This document shows, piece by piece, positions 18,893-28,280 of a stretch of DNA of 64,000 bases; within the stretch, counting starts at the first letter, position 1, and every line of letters begins with the position of its first letter. The position numbers and the translations under genes are program-made. Source of the DNA: an uncultured Gemmatimonadales bacterium (GTDB lineage Bacteria > Gemmatimonadota > Gemmatimonadetes > Gemmatimonadales > Gemmatimonadaceae); the NCBI GenBank assembly GCA_963850905.1, contig CAWKMU010000003.1, positions 2,976,001-3,040,000 of the forward strand. Direction: 5' to 3'. The notes beneath the pieces were generated by a model. It was given only the letters and a program-made list of their open reading frames with translations, was not told the DNA's origin and did not search any database.

Positions 18893-19867
18893 ATGCCGAA
18901 GCGCGGTCACGCGGTACCGAAGCGGAAGCGGTTGTCCGAGCCGCATCCCAAGCCGATCAATGCGCTCGAGTTCCCCCGGTTCGCCGGGCTCGCGACCTTC
19001 ATGCGCTTGCCGGCCATTAGTGAGGCCGACCGCCTCGACGTTGCGCTCATCGGCGTGCCGTTCGATGGAGGCACCACGTATCGTCCGGGCCCGCGCTTTG
19101 GGCCGCGCCATGTTCGCCAGCAATCGGCGATTATCAGGCCCTATAACCCGGTGCTCGACCTGATGCCGTTCGACGTCGTGCGGGTCGCCGACTACGGCGA
19201 CCTGTCCGTCAACCCGCTCTCGATCGACGATACGTTCCAGCGGATCGCTGCCGGTCTCGCCCCCGTGCTCGAGGTGGGCACGATCCCAATGTGCGTCGGG
19301 GGGGACCATTCGATTCTGTTGCCGATCCTGCGGGCAATCCACGCGGTGCACGGGCCCGTCGGATTGATCCAGCTCGATGCCCACTCCGACACGTGGGATC
19401 AGTACTGGGGCGTGAAGTACTCCCACGGAACCCCCGTGCGGCGCGCCATCGAGGAAGGCCTCCTGGACGAATCATGTATCCTCCAGGTCGGACTCCGGGG
19501 TCAACTCTACGACGCGCACGACATGGACTTTGCGCGGGAGCACGGGATCGACTTCATCACCGCCGAGGAGTACCACGAAGGTGGTGTGCCCATGGTGCAG
19601 AAGCACCTGAAGGCCTTCCGCGGCCGAAAGACCTATCTCAGCCTCGACATCGACGTCGTGGACCCCGCATTCGCGCCTGGCACTGGGACACCGCAAGTCG
19701 GCGGCCTGTCGAGTGCGCAGATACTCGATCTGGTGCGAGGGCTCTTCGGCCTGTCCTTCGTCGGGTGCGACCTCGTCGAGGTCTCTCCGCCGTACGACTC
19801 CGCGGAAATCACCTCACTGCTCGCCGCGAACCTGCTGTTTGAGCAGCTGTGCCTCCTCTGCGCATAG
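18893..19867 (+). CDS. speB: Agmatinase (ureohydrolase family)
   Basis: PRFAG..TFMRLP, GVPFD, GGDHS, DAHSD, SHG, SLDIDVVDPAFAPGTGT and DLVEV motifs. Exact guanidino substrate cannot be proven from sequence. Confidence 0.85.
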   Translation: MPKRGHAVPKRKRLSEPHPKPINALEFPRFAGLATFMRLPAISEADRLDVALIGVPFDGGTTYRPGPRFGPRHVRQQSAIIRPYNPVLDLMPFDVVRVADYGDLSVNPLSIDDTFQRIAAGLAPVLEVGTIPMCVGGDHSILLPILRAIHAVHGPVGLIQLDAHSDTWDQYWGVKYSHGTPVRRAIEEGLLDESCILQVGLRGQLYDAHDMDFAREHGIDFITAEEYHEGGVPMVQKHLKAFRGRKTYLSLDIDVVDPAFAPGTGTPQVGGLSSAQILDLVRGLFGLSFVGCDLVEVSPPYDSAEITSLLAANLLFEQLCLLCA

Positions 19868-19920
19868 CAGCCCACTGACTGACCCCAGCCGTTCCCGACG
19901 ACCGTCGATCAGCGATTTTT

Positions 19921-19952
19921 CTAGCGTCCAGCGTCTAACGTCCCGCATCTCA
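19921..19952 (+). repeat. Heptamer tandem repeat (CGTCYAR-like), degenerate
   Basis: ctag cgtccag cgtctaa cgtcccg catctca. Confidence 0.65.
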
Positions 19953-19958
19953 ACCCCC

Positions 19959-21329
19959 GTGACCGAGCCGACGTCTCGTCAACTCGCCCGCAAACTGAGC
20001 CTGACCGATTACTTCTCGCTCGGTTTTGGCGTGATGATCGGCGTGGGCTGGCTGGTCGTCATGGACGACTGGCTCCTGCGCGGCGGCCCGGTCGGCGCTC
20101 TCCTGGGGTTTGCGGCCGGCGCGGTGATGCTCCTCCCGGTTGGCTGGGTGTATGGTCGCCTCGTGAAGGCGATCCCGGACGCGTCGGCGGAGGTGGCCTA
20201 CACGGCCAAGGTCTTTCCTCGGGGCGTGAGCTACGCGACGGGGTGGGTGATGCTGCTGGTGTACTTCGTCGTCTGCCCATATGAAGCGGTCGCGATCGGG
20301 CGGATTGCCGGTTATCTCGTGCCGGCCCTCAACACGATTGAGCTCTACCGGGTTGGCGACAGCAGCGTGTACCTGCCTCATTTGCTACTCGGTCTCGTGC
20401 TGACCGCGGTGTTTGTGGCAGTCAACTGTCGGGGGGTGGCTCTCAGTGCACGCTTCCTGAGGTGGACGACATTTGCGGTGCTCGCCCTTGTCGCTGCCTT
20501 GGCGGCCGGTGGTGCGACGCACGGCTCACTGGCCAACTTCCACCCGGCGTTCAGCCATTCGCCGGCGCTCTCCGTGCTGCTGGTATGGCAGATCGTGCCC
20601 TATTTCCTGACCGGCTTCGACTCCGTCGGCAAATGCGCCGAGGAGGCCAATCCGACCTTCAAAGGTGATTCATTCTCGACTGCGGTGATGCTGTCGCTCC
20701 TGGTCGGGTTTGCGTTCTACGCCGTCGTCATCGCGTCGGTCGCGTATGCGGCGCCCTGGCAATCACTCACCCACGAACCGTTCGCAACGGCGGTCGCATT
20801 CGAGCACGCCCTTGGCTCGCGTTGGATCACTCGAGTGATCATGGGGACTGCGTTGATCTCGTTGTTGAAGATCTTCAACGCCAACTTGTTGACGGCGTCT
20901 CGCCTCCTCTTCGGACTTGGCCGGCGCCATCTCGTGCATGCGAGCCTCGCGCGCGTGCACCCGCGCTATCAGACTCCCTCGCTCGCCATCCTCTGCGTCG
21001 GCGTCGCCATCGCGCTCGCGCTCTTCATGGGTGACGCCATTCTCGTTCCCATCTCGGAGGTCGGATCGGCGGTCGGAGCGCTCGGCTGGATGGCAGCCTG
21101 TGCGGCATACTACAAGCTGAGTCCGACCGCCGGTGGACGCAGGGTCGCAGTTACAGGCATTGTCGTGACGCTGCTCATGGTTCTCATGAAGGTCCTTCCA
21201 TTCGTCCCCGGTCACTTCACGTCGAGCGAATGGCTCGCTCTAGCCGTTTGGTGTGCCTTGGGATTGCTAGTAAAAAATCGCGCTCCAGCCGAGGCTCCCG
21301 ATGCGGCCGTAGTTGCTCAGACGCGCTGA
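19959..21329 (+). CDS. APC-family amino acid/polyamine permease
   Basis: LARKLS...GVMIGVG, GFD...AEE, ASRLLF and VHPRYQTP motifs; about 12 TM helices. Start set at GTG 19959. Confidence 0.88.
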   Translation: MTEPTSRQLARKLSLTDYFSLGFGVMIGVGWLVVMDDWLLRGGPVGALLGFAAGAVMLLPVGWVYGRLVKAIPDASAEVAYTAKVFPRGVSYATGWVMLLVYFVVCPYEAVAIGRIAGYLVPALNTIELYRVGDSSVYLPHLLLGLVLTAVFVAVNCRGVALSARFLRWTTFAVLALVAALAAGGATHGSLANFHPAFSHSPALSVLLVWQIVPYFLTGFDSVGKCAEEANPTFKGDSFSTAVMLSLLVGFAFYAVVIASVAYAAPWQSLTHEPFATAVAFEHALGSRWITRVIMGTALISLLKIFNANLLTASRLLFGLGRRHLVHASLARVHPRYQTPSLAILCVGVAIALALFMGDAILVPISEVGSAVGALGWMAACAAYYKLSPTAGGRRVAVTGIVVTLLMVLMKVLPFVPGHFTSSEWLALAVWCALGLLVKNRAPAEAPDAAVVAQTR

Positions 21330-21340
21330 GGCGAGGGTTC

Positions 21341-21397
21341 GACGTTGGACCGTAGACCTTAGACGTTGGCGCTAGGACATTGGCGCTAGGCGGTTGG
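21341..21397 (-). repeat. Degenerate heptamer tandem repeat, reverse orientation
   Basis: Run of ttggac/tagac/ttggcg/ctagg units just after the permease stop. Confidence 0.5.
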
Positions 21398-21437
21398 TGA
21401 ACAAACACCGAGTTTGCACACGCTTTCGACCGTTCCG

Positions 21438-21697
21438 GACCGACCATGGACCGGTAGGGGCGACGCATTGCGTCGCCCTCCGTGCACCGACCATGAACCG
21501 ACCGGTAGGGGCGACGCATTGCGTCGCCCTCCGTGCGTAACACGAACCTTGACGTACAAACACGAACCCGCATCGGGCGGGTAGGGGCGACGCATTGCGT
21601 CGCCCTCCGTGCGTAACACGAACCTTGACGTACAAACACGAACCCGCATCCGGCGGGTAGGGGCGACGCATGCGTCGCCTCCGTGCGTATCACGAAC
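21438..21697 (+). repeat. Tandem array of four GTAG-type REP palindromes
   Basis: GTAGGGGCGACGCA(T)TGCGTCGCC(C)T at 21454, 21505, 21581 and 21657; the two 76-bp units are identical except for one base. Confidence 0.9.
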
Positions 21698-21800
21698 ATT
21701 GGGGTAAAAAGCAGGCGTACCCTCGACTTTTCGCGGGCGTGCGGCAATTTCCGTCGACGGGTGGCGGTTTCCTGGAAAGGCGTCAAACGGTGAGGCACAC

Positions 21801-23529
21801 GTGCGAAACGTCTGGTTGGCCTGTGGTGCTGGCCTCGTGGGTAGCGGTTTGGTCGCCTGCACGGCGACTCGGACTCCGGCGCCGATCGCGTTCTCCGTGT
21901 CGGTCCCCGACGCGGTGCGGAAAGAATGCGCTGACCGGTCGAGTATTTGTGTTCATTAGTCACGACTCAACCCCTGAACCTCGCCTGGCAGCCGGTGGCG
22001 CGAGCGGGAGCGCGCCAACGCCGTTCTTTGGTATCGATGTGGATACGCTGCCGTCGGGTCAGGCTGCGGTGGTCAGCGACACCACGCCGGGATACCCGGT
22101 CGCGTCCCTTCGCGCCCTTCCTGCCGGCGACTACTACGTGCAGGCCCTCGCGAACGTCTACACTGAATTTCATCGAGGCGACGGACACACGATCTGGGCA
22201 CACATGGACCAGTGGGAGGGTCAGCATTTCACTCGCGCACCCGGGAACCTGGTGAGCACGGTTCAGCGCGTGCATCTCGACCCGGCGACTGGGTACGACG
22301 TGCGTCTTCAGCTCACCCGTGTATTGCCACCGGTCACCCCGCCGCCCGATACGAAATGGGTAAAGCACATCAAGATCCAGAGCGACCTGCTCACGAAGTT
22401 CTGGGGCCACCCGATGTACATCGGCGCGGTCGTGCTCCTGCCCGACGGATACGACGCGCAGCCGAATCGGCATTATCCGGTCCTCTACACGCAGGGGCAC
22501 TTCGGGTTGAACCCACCCCTTGGATTCTCCACGGACAGCACCCCGGAACCGGCGCGTATCGTCGCGGCGACCGCCGGCTATCATCGAGAGAGCGGCTTCG
22601 CATTCTACAAGGAGTGGACGAGCCCGAGCTTCCCTCGCGTGATCGCGGTCACGTTCCAGCATCCAACGCCATACTACGACGACTCGTATGCGGTGAATTC
22701 GGCGAATAACGGCCCGTACGGCGACGCCATCATGCAGGAGTTGATCCCATACGTGGAATCACACTTCCGCATCATCGCGAAGCCCTACGCCAGGGTCCTT
22801 TCCGGTGGGTCGACGGGTGGATGGGAATCGCTCGCGTTGCAGCTGTACCATCCGGATTTCTTCGGCGGGACTTGGACCGCTTTTCCAGATCCCATCGATT
22901 TCCGTCACTGGGGTCTGGTCGACGCGTACAGTGACACGAACGCGTTCTTCGTGACGGGACACGTCAACATTCTCTTCAGCCCGGTGGGAGACTGGAATCA
23001 CCCCGAGCGTCCGTTTATGCGGTCGAATGATGGCCAACCGCTTCTCACCGAGCGGCAGCAAAGCCAGCTCGAGGACGTTCTTGGCAGCCACGGGCGATCA
23101 GCCGAGCAGCTCGAGATCTGGGAAGCGGTGTACGGGCCAGTCGGCGATGATGGGTACCCGAAGCCACTGTGGGACAAGCGCACGGGCCACATCAACCACG
23201 ATGTGGCGACCTACATGCGTGACCACGGATTCGACCTGCGCGCGTACTTGGAGCAGCACTGGGCGACACTCGCGCCCAAGCTCGCCGGCAAGATCCACGT
23301 TGACGTCGGCGACATGGACAATTTTTATTTGAACCTCGGGGTCGTGGATCTCCAACAATTCATCGACACGGCGAAAGGGCCTCGGCTTGGCGGCGACTTC
23401 CATTACGGCAGGCCCGCAATGGGACATGGCTGGCACCACGCGACCAATGGCGAGCTGGTGCGCGAGATGGCGGCCGCGATCGGGTCGCACGCGGCCAAGG
23501 GCTACGTCGACCGGGCCGGATCGCCCTAG
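21801..23529 (+). CDS. Putative esterase (alpha/beta-hydrolase) lipoprotein; apparent +1 frameshift near 21921
   Basis: GTG 21801 gives MRNVWLACGAGLVGSGLVAC (lipobox). Removing one A at 21921-21923 joins it to the long ORF with GGSTGG nucleophile motif, NSANNGPY, VGDMDNF and GHGW. Confidence 0.8.
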
Positions 23530-26264
23530 GCGGCGCGCGGTCGGGTAGTTGTTGCCGCCGCCCCGCTCTCGGCCATTTCCGCGACCTCCACGAACGCGCG
23601 TTTGCCAAGCTCGAGCAGTTGCTCGGGAGTCGTGCACGCGAACAAGTCCATGCCCCTCGCGACGACACCCGTCCACCCGGTCTGGTGGCTCGCGCCGACG
23701 CCGGCGCCGTTATCGCCGTGAAAGTACTCATAGAACAGGACGTGATCGCGCCAATAGGGATCGTCCTGGAATTTGCGCGCACCACCGTACACCGGCCGCC
23801 GACCATTGGCGTTCCGCAAGAAAACGCTCTCGAAGCGCCGTTGAATTTCCTTGGCGACGTGAAAGAGCGTCATGAAGCGCCCTGAACCGGTCGGACATTC
23901 GATGGTGAAGGAGTCGCCGTAGTATAGGTAGTACTGCAGCAGCGCCCGGATGATGAGCGCATTCATCGGCGCCCAGATGGGTCCGCGCCAATTGGAGTTG
24001 CCACCGAACACGCCTGAGTCGGACTCCGCGGGCAAATAGGAAACCCGGTACTCCTGATTTCCCGAGCGGAGCACATACGGATGGTCGGCATGGTAGCGGG
24101 ATAGGGCGCGGATCCCGTAAGGACTCAGGAACTCGTTCTCGTCGAGCATGCGTGCGAGCACGCGCCGCAGATTTGGCTCGGCGAGGATCGCCGCAAGCCG
24201 GCGGCCGGTGGGTCCGATCGTCACGGGATCGTGGATGAACGTCCGCAGCTCCGGGCGCGCTTCCAGGAATCCGCGAATCCTCGCTCCCAGCTCGGGAAAC
24301 CGTTCCAGGGCCTCTCCCTCGAACACGGTCGCGGCACACAGGGGCACGAGGCCGACCACGGACCGCACCTTCATCCGTTCTGCGCGGCCGTCTGGCAGCT
24401 TGAGCACATCGTAGAAGAACCCGTCTTGATCGTCCCACATCCCTACGTCATCGCCGGCGTGCATCAACGCCGTCGCGATCCACAGGAAGTGCTCTGTGAA
24501 CTTGAGACACATGGGGCCGTAGGCCGGGTTGTGCAGCGCGAGCTCAGCGCTGATCTCCATCATGTTCTGACAGAAGAGCGCCATCCACGCGGTGCCGTCG
24601 GCCTGCTCGATGTATCCGCCAGTGGGGAGCGGAGCGCTACGGTCGAAGACTCCGATGTTATCGAGTCCGAGGAATCCACCTTCGAATGCGTTGTTGCCCG
24701 TCCGGTCCTTGCGATTCACCCACCAGATGAAGTTGAGCGACAATTTCTGGAATGCGCGCTCGAGCCATTCGACATCCCCATGCCCCTGACGGGCCTGTTC
24801 GAGCCGGTAAGTGAAGATGGTGGACCATGCATGCACAGGCGGATTGACATCGCCAAAGTTCCACTCGTACGCCGGAAGCTGCCCATTGGGGTGCAGATAA
24901 CTGCTCTCGAGCAGCAGGTCGAGTTGGTGCTTGCCGAAGTCGGCGTCGACCAGTGTCAGTGCCAGCACGTGGAAAGCGAGGTCCCACGCGGCGAACCACG
25001 GGTACTCCCACTTGTCCGGCATCGACAGCAGGTCGCAGTTGTAGGCGTGGTGCCAGTGCGTGTTGCGTGGCGCATTGCCACGGGTGCCTCTGAATGGATC
25101 GGCACCGTGCTCCTCGAGCCACCGATTGACGTCGTAGTAGTAGAACTGCTTGGACCATAGCATGCCCGCCAGTGCTTGACGCATCACGTTCGTCTCATCC
25201 TCGCTAAGCGAGGAGGGGATGATCGATGCATAGAACCCATCGGCCTCGTCGCGGCGGGCCTGCATCGTGGCGTCGAAGTCCGGTCCGAAGGGCCTGGTCG
25301 GCGCCGGTTCGCGGAGCCTAAGACGAATCGTTCGAGACTCTCCGGGCTGGATCACCAGGGAATAGTGAGCCGACGCTTTCGTCCCCGTGTGGTTGGGGTT
25401 TGTGGCGCTCTGACGTCCGTTCACCACGAAGTCGTTGATGCCATCCTTGACGTACGGCGTGCGATTGGCAGTGCCATCGAGGCGTTCCGTGTTGGTCTCG
25501 TTCTCGGTGAAGAGCAGCTCGTCGGCTCCTTCACATGCGAGGATGTAGTCCCCGAGTCGCACGTGGGACGCCGTGATCTCGCGGGGCGCGGTCCCCCGTA
25601 GTACCGGAGCAGGGACCTGCACCCGTGGACCGCCCGCAGTCCACGTGTTGCGGAACCACAGCGTCGGCAGTACGTGCAGTGGCGCGGCATCCGGTCCCCG
25701 ATTGTGGATCGTGATTTCGATCAGCATGTCGTCTGGGGCCGCCTTGGCATACTCGACGAACACGTCGAAGTAGCGATTTTCATCGAAGATGCCCGTGTCC
25801 AGCAGCTCGTATTCCAGGTCGGTGCGCGACCGCTCGTGATTGGTCTTGACGAGATCCAGGTACGGATAGGCCGCCTGAGGATACTTGTACAGATACTTCA
25901 TGTACGAGTGCGTCGGCGTGCTGTCGAGGTAGAAGTAATACTCCTTCACATCCTCGCCGTGGTTGCCCTCGGAGTTGGTCAACCCGAAGAGCCGCTCTTT
26001 GAGGATCGGATCTTTCCCGTTCCAGAGCGCAAGGCCAAAGCACAATTGCTGTTGATCATCGGAGATGCCCGCCAGCCCATCCTCGCCCCAACGGTAGGCG
26101 CGCGAGCGCGCCTGGTCGTGGTTGAAGTAGTTCCACGCATCCCCCGAGGGGCTGTAGTCCTCGCGAACCGTGCCCCATTGGCGCTCGCTCAGATATGGTC
26201 CCCACTTCTTCCACGGGACGTTCTTGCGTGTGGTCTCTTCAAGTCGAGCCTGTTCCGCAGACAT
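23526..26264 (-). CDS. MGH1-like/GH63 glycoside hydrolase (glucosidase), copy 1
   Basis: [56 protein letters not shown] and GASHQTGWT motifs. Confidence 0.92.
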   Translation of the reverse strand: MSAEQARLEETTRKNVPWKKWGPYLSERQWGTVREDYSPSGDAWNYFNHDQARSRAYRWGEDGLAGISDDQQQLCFGLALWNGKDPILKERLFGLTNSEGNHGEDVKEYYFYLDSTPTHSYMKYLYKYPQAAYPYLDLVKTNHERSRTDLEYELLDTGIFDENRYFDVFVEYAKAAPDDMLIEITIHNRGPDAAPLHVLPTLWFRNTWTAGGPRVQVPAPVLRGTAPREITASHVRLGDYILACEGADELLFTENETNTERLDGTANRTPYVKDGINDFVVNGRQSATNPNHTGTKASAHYSLVIQPGESRTIRLRLREPAPTRPFGPDFDATMQARRDEADGFYASIIPSSLSEDETNVMRQALAGMLWSKQFYYYDVNRWLEEHGADPFRGTRGNAPRNTHWHHAYNCDLLSMPDKWEYPWFAAWDLAFHVLALTLVDADFGKHQLDLLLESSYLHPNGQLPAYEWNFGDVNPPVHAWSTIFTYRLEQARQGHGDVEWLERAFQKLSLNFIWWVNRKDRTGNNAFEGGFLGLDNIGVFDRSAPLPTGGYIEQADGTAWMALFCQNMMEISAELALHNPAYGPMCLKFTEHFLWIATALMHAGDDVGMWDDQDGFFYDVLKLPDGRAERMKVRSVVGLVPLCAATVFEGEALERFPELGARIRGFLEARPELRTFIHDPVTIGPTGRRLAAILAEPNLRRVLARMLDENEFLSPYGIRALSRYHADHPYVLRSGNQEYRVSYLPAESDSGVFGGNSNWRGPIWAPMNALIIRALLQYYLYYGDSFTIECPTGSGRFMTLFHVAKEIQRRFESVFLRNANGRRPVYGGARKFQDDPYWRDHVLFYEYFHGDNGAGVGASHQTGWTGVVARGMDLFACTTPEQLLELGKRAFVEVAEMAESGAAATTTRPRAA

Positions 26265-26432
26265 GAAAACCCCCCTCGCCACCCGTTGGAGAGCAGCCGG
26301 TTCATAGCGGCATCGGGCTCAATCTTGGATGGCGAGTGGTACTCGGACATGTAGCCACTAGTACCTACTCGTCGCGCCGCCGCGACCTGCCACGCCGGGG
26401 CCGGCTGCGCAATGGCCGAGTTCGCAGCACCG

Positions 26433-27434
26433 TCACGTGAAATCGCCGACGAGCGCATTGAACCCGTGGCGGAGATGCGATAGGATCGGCGACCGTCGTG
26501 GTTCACCCCAGTAGGGCGTCTTGTTGACGTCGACGATGCTGATCTCGTCATGGCGGTCCATCACACAGTCGGCGCCCAGGAAGTCCGCATGCAAGGCGCC
26601 GGCAATCCGACGCGTAGCCAGGAGCGCGCGAGTTGCCCGATCGCTCGAAGGGCCCAATGTCGCCGTCTCGCCCGAGGGCAGCGTCCAGAAGAAATAGTTG
26701 TGCCGCCGCCGGATGGCGGTGGTCAACTTCTTGATGTCGCCATCCACCCAGACGCAGCTGACGACGCCCGCGGGTCCCGCCACGTACACCCGAAAGATCA
26801 GCCCTTCCGGGTTCTCGATGAACCGCTCGACGACGAGTGTCGGATCGCTCCAGACGCTGGCTGCGACCTGGGCGCGCGTCGTGACGACGTAGCCCAGCTG
26901 AGTGGTGATAGCGTCGCCCACGTCGGCGGTAAATGCCGCCGCTCGGTCGCCCCACTGCTTTCGCAGTGCTCGCTCGGGCAGGCCGCCGTAGTTGAGCGTT
27001 GTCTTGATGACGAGACGTTCGTCCGGCGGCCCGTCCTGATCGGCCCTCGCAGAGGGCACGCCGAGCTCGGAACAGCGCGTGTGTAACGTCGACTTTCGCA
27101 CGTCGAACGCATCGAGGTTGAGGACGCGCTGCCCTCGCTCACGGAGACCCGAGCGGAAAGCCTCCTCGGCGTCGATGAACCCACGTGTCATGCTGGCATT
27201 GAGGTGCACCACGACGCCGTGCGCCGTCGCTGGGATCGCATCGAGCAACGCGGACGCCGAGTCGCCCGGTTTGACGCTGATTCGGACTGCGCGCGAAAAC
27301 AGGACTTCGACCATGAAGCCACGCCAGGCATTGCATTCGCAGATCGCGAGTGGCTCCGGAGGGGACTCCTGCAGGATCGGCGCCTCGCGCGGCCCCAACC
27401 CCACCCAGGCGCGCACCGTGGAACGGAGAGTCAT
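26433..27434 (-). CDS. Hypothetical protein with ATP-grasp-like motifs
   Basis: VIKT..NYGG, VVERFI, FRVYVAG, DFLGADCV and IVDVNKTP follow the ATP-grasp motif order. Confidence 0.65.
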   Translation of the reverse strand: MTLRSTVRAWVGLGPREAPILQESPPEPLAICECNAWRGFMVEVLFSRAVRISVKPGDSASALLDAIPATAHGVVVHLNASMTRGFIDAEEAFRSGLRERGQRVLNLDAFDVRKSTLHTRCSELGVPSARADQDGPPDERLVIKTTLNYGGLPERALRKQWGDRAAAFTADVGDAITTQLGYVVTTRAQVAASVWSDPTLVVERFIENPEGLIFRVYVAGPAGVVSCVWVDGDIKKLTTAIRRRHNYFFWTLPSGETATLGPSSDRATRALLATRRIAGALHADFLGADCVMDRHDEISIVDVNKTPYWGEPRRSPILSHLRHGFNALVGDFT

Positions 27435-27544
27435 GGTGATGCTAAAGTGGGTCTTGAGTGCCGAATGGTCAAAGCATCGCGGCCCCCACGCGATTGCAGC
27501 CCGACCCGGCTGGCGCCGTATCGTGATATCAGTATGCTTCTAGC

Positions 27545-28132
27545 ATGACCGATACCGTCCACTGCCCGCCCCGGTCCTCGCGGATTTTGGTCGCGGCGAT
27601 GTGTACCGTCCTCGCCGCCTTTTCCGGCAGGTTGTGGGCGCAGGCGCCTGCACCTCGTGACTCGTCGCCGCCGCCGGCGGCCCGTCCATCCGATGTCTCC
27701 TCGATCGACGCGATTCTGCGCGCCGCGTACGACGTGATCTCCGGGCCGGCCGGGCCGCGAGACTGGCAGCGTTTCCGATCACTCTTCGTGACCGGCGCAC
27801 GCCTCATTCCGGCTGAACGCGACTCGACCGGCCACACACGACTGCAAGTGACCACGGTCGACGAATTCGCACAATCGGCTGCGCAGTACTTCACGACGAA
27901 CTCGTTTTACGAGCGTGGCATCGGACAGAAGGTCGACGCGTTTGGCGCCGTGGCGCAGGTCTTCAGCTCGTACGCGTCCTTCCGCGGCGCCAATGACCCG
28001 CAGCCGTTCGCGCGCGGCATCAACAGCTTTCAGCTGTTCAACGATGGGACACGGTGGTACATCGTGACGATCTACTGGAACGCCGAACGCCCCGATCTCA
28101 AGATCCCTGCGCAGTACCTCAACGCGAAGTAG
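27545..28132 (+). CDS. Secreted NTF2-like protein
   Basis: Signal peptide; YDVISGPAG.RDWQRFRSLF and RGINSFQLF.DG.RW motifs. Confidence 0.85.
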   Translation: MTDTVHCPPRSSRILVAAMCTVLAAFSGRLWAQAPAPRDSSPPPAARPSDVSSIDAILRAAYDVISGPAGPRDWQRFRSLFVTGARLIPAERDSTGHTRLQVTTVDEFAQSAAQYFTTNSFYERGIGQKVDAFGAVAQVFSSYASFRGANDPQPFARGINSFQLFNDGTRWYIVTIYWNAERPDLKIPAQYLNAK

Positions 28133-28253
28133 AGCAACGCCGGGCACCGAACGGTCCTCCTTTCCACTGCCGCGTCAGCGGCGGCTTGGCGCAACGCTTG
28201 GCAACCGGAGGACGTATGACCCGGGCTCTCGACTGGCCCTCAGGGTTGGTTTT

Positions 28254-28278
28254 CTAGCGTCCAACGTCCAACGTCTAC
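28254..28278 (+). repeat. Heptamer tandem repeat directly upstream of a start codon
   Basis: ctag cgtccaa cgtccaa cgtctac, then ATG at 28281. Confidence 0.65.
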
Positions 28279-28280
28279 CC

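Noticed and set aside
21454..21690. CRISPR-like array of palindromic repeats
   Set aside because: Spacers are duplicated rather than unique, the periods are unequal, solo copies occur elsewhere, and there are no cas genes in the window. It fits a REP array.
21217..21963. ORFs with repeated peptides (TEGDAMRRPY, GRRNASPLP)
   Set aside because: These are translations of the REP array, not credible proteins.
28187..28201. Sigma54 promoter before the decarboxylase (TGGCGC-N5-TTGG)
   Set aside because: The conserved -12 GC is absent, so the match is too weak.
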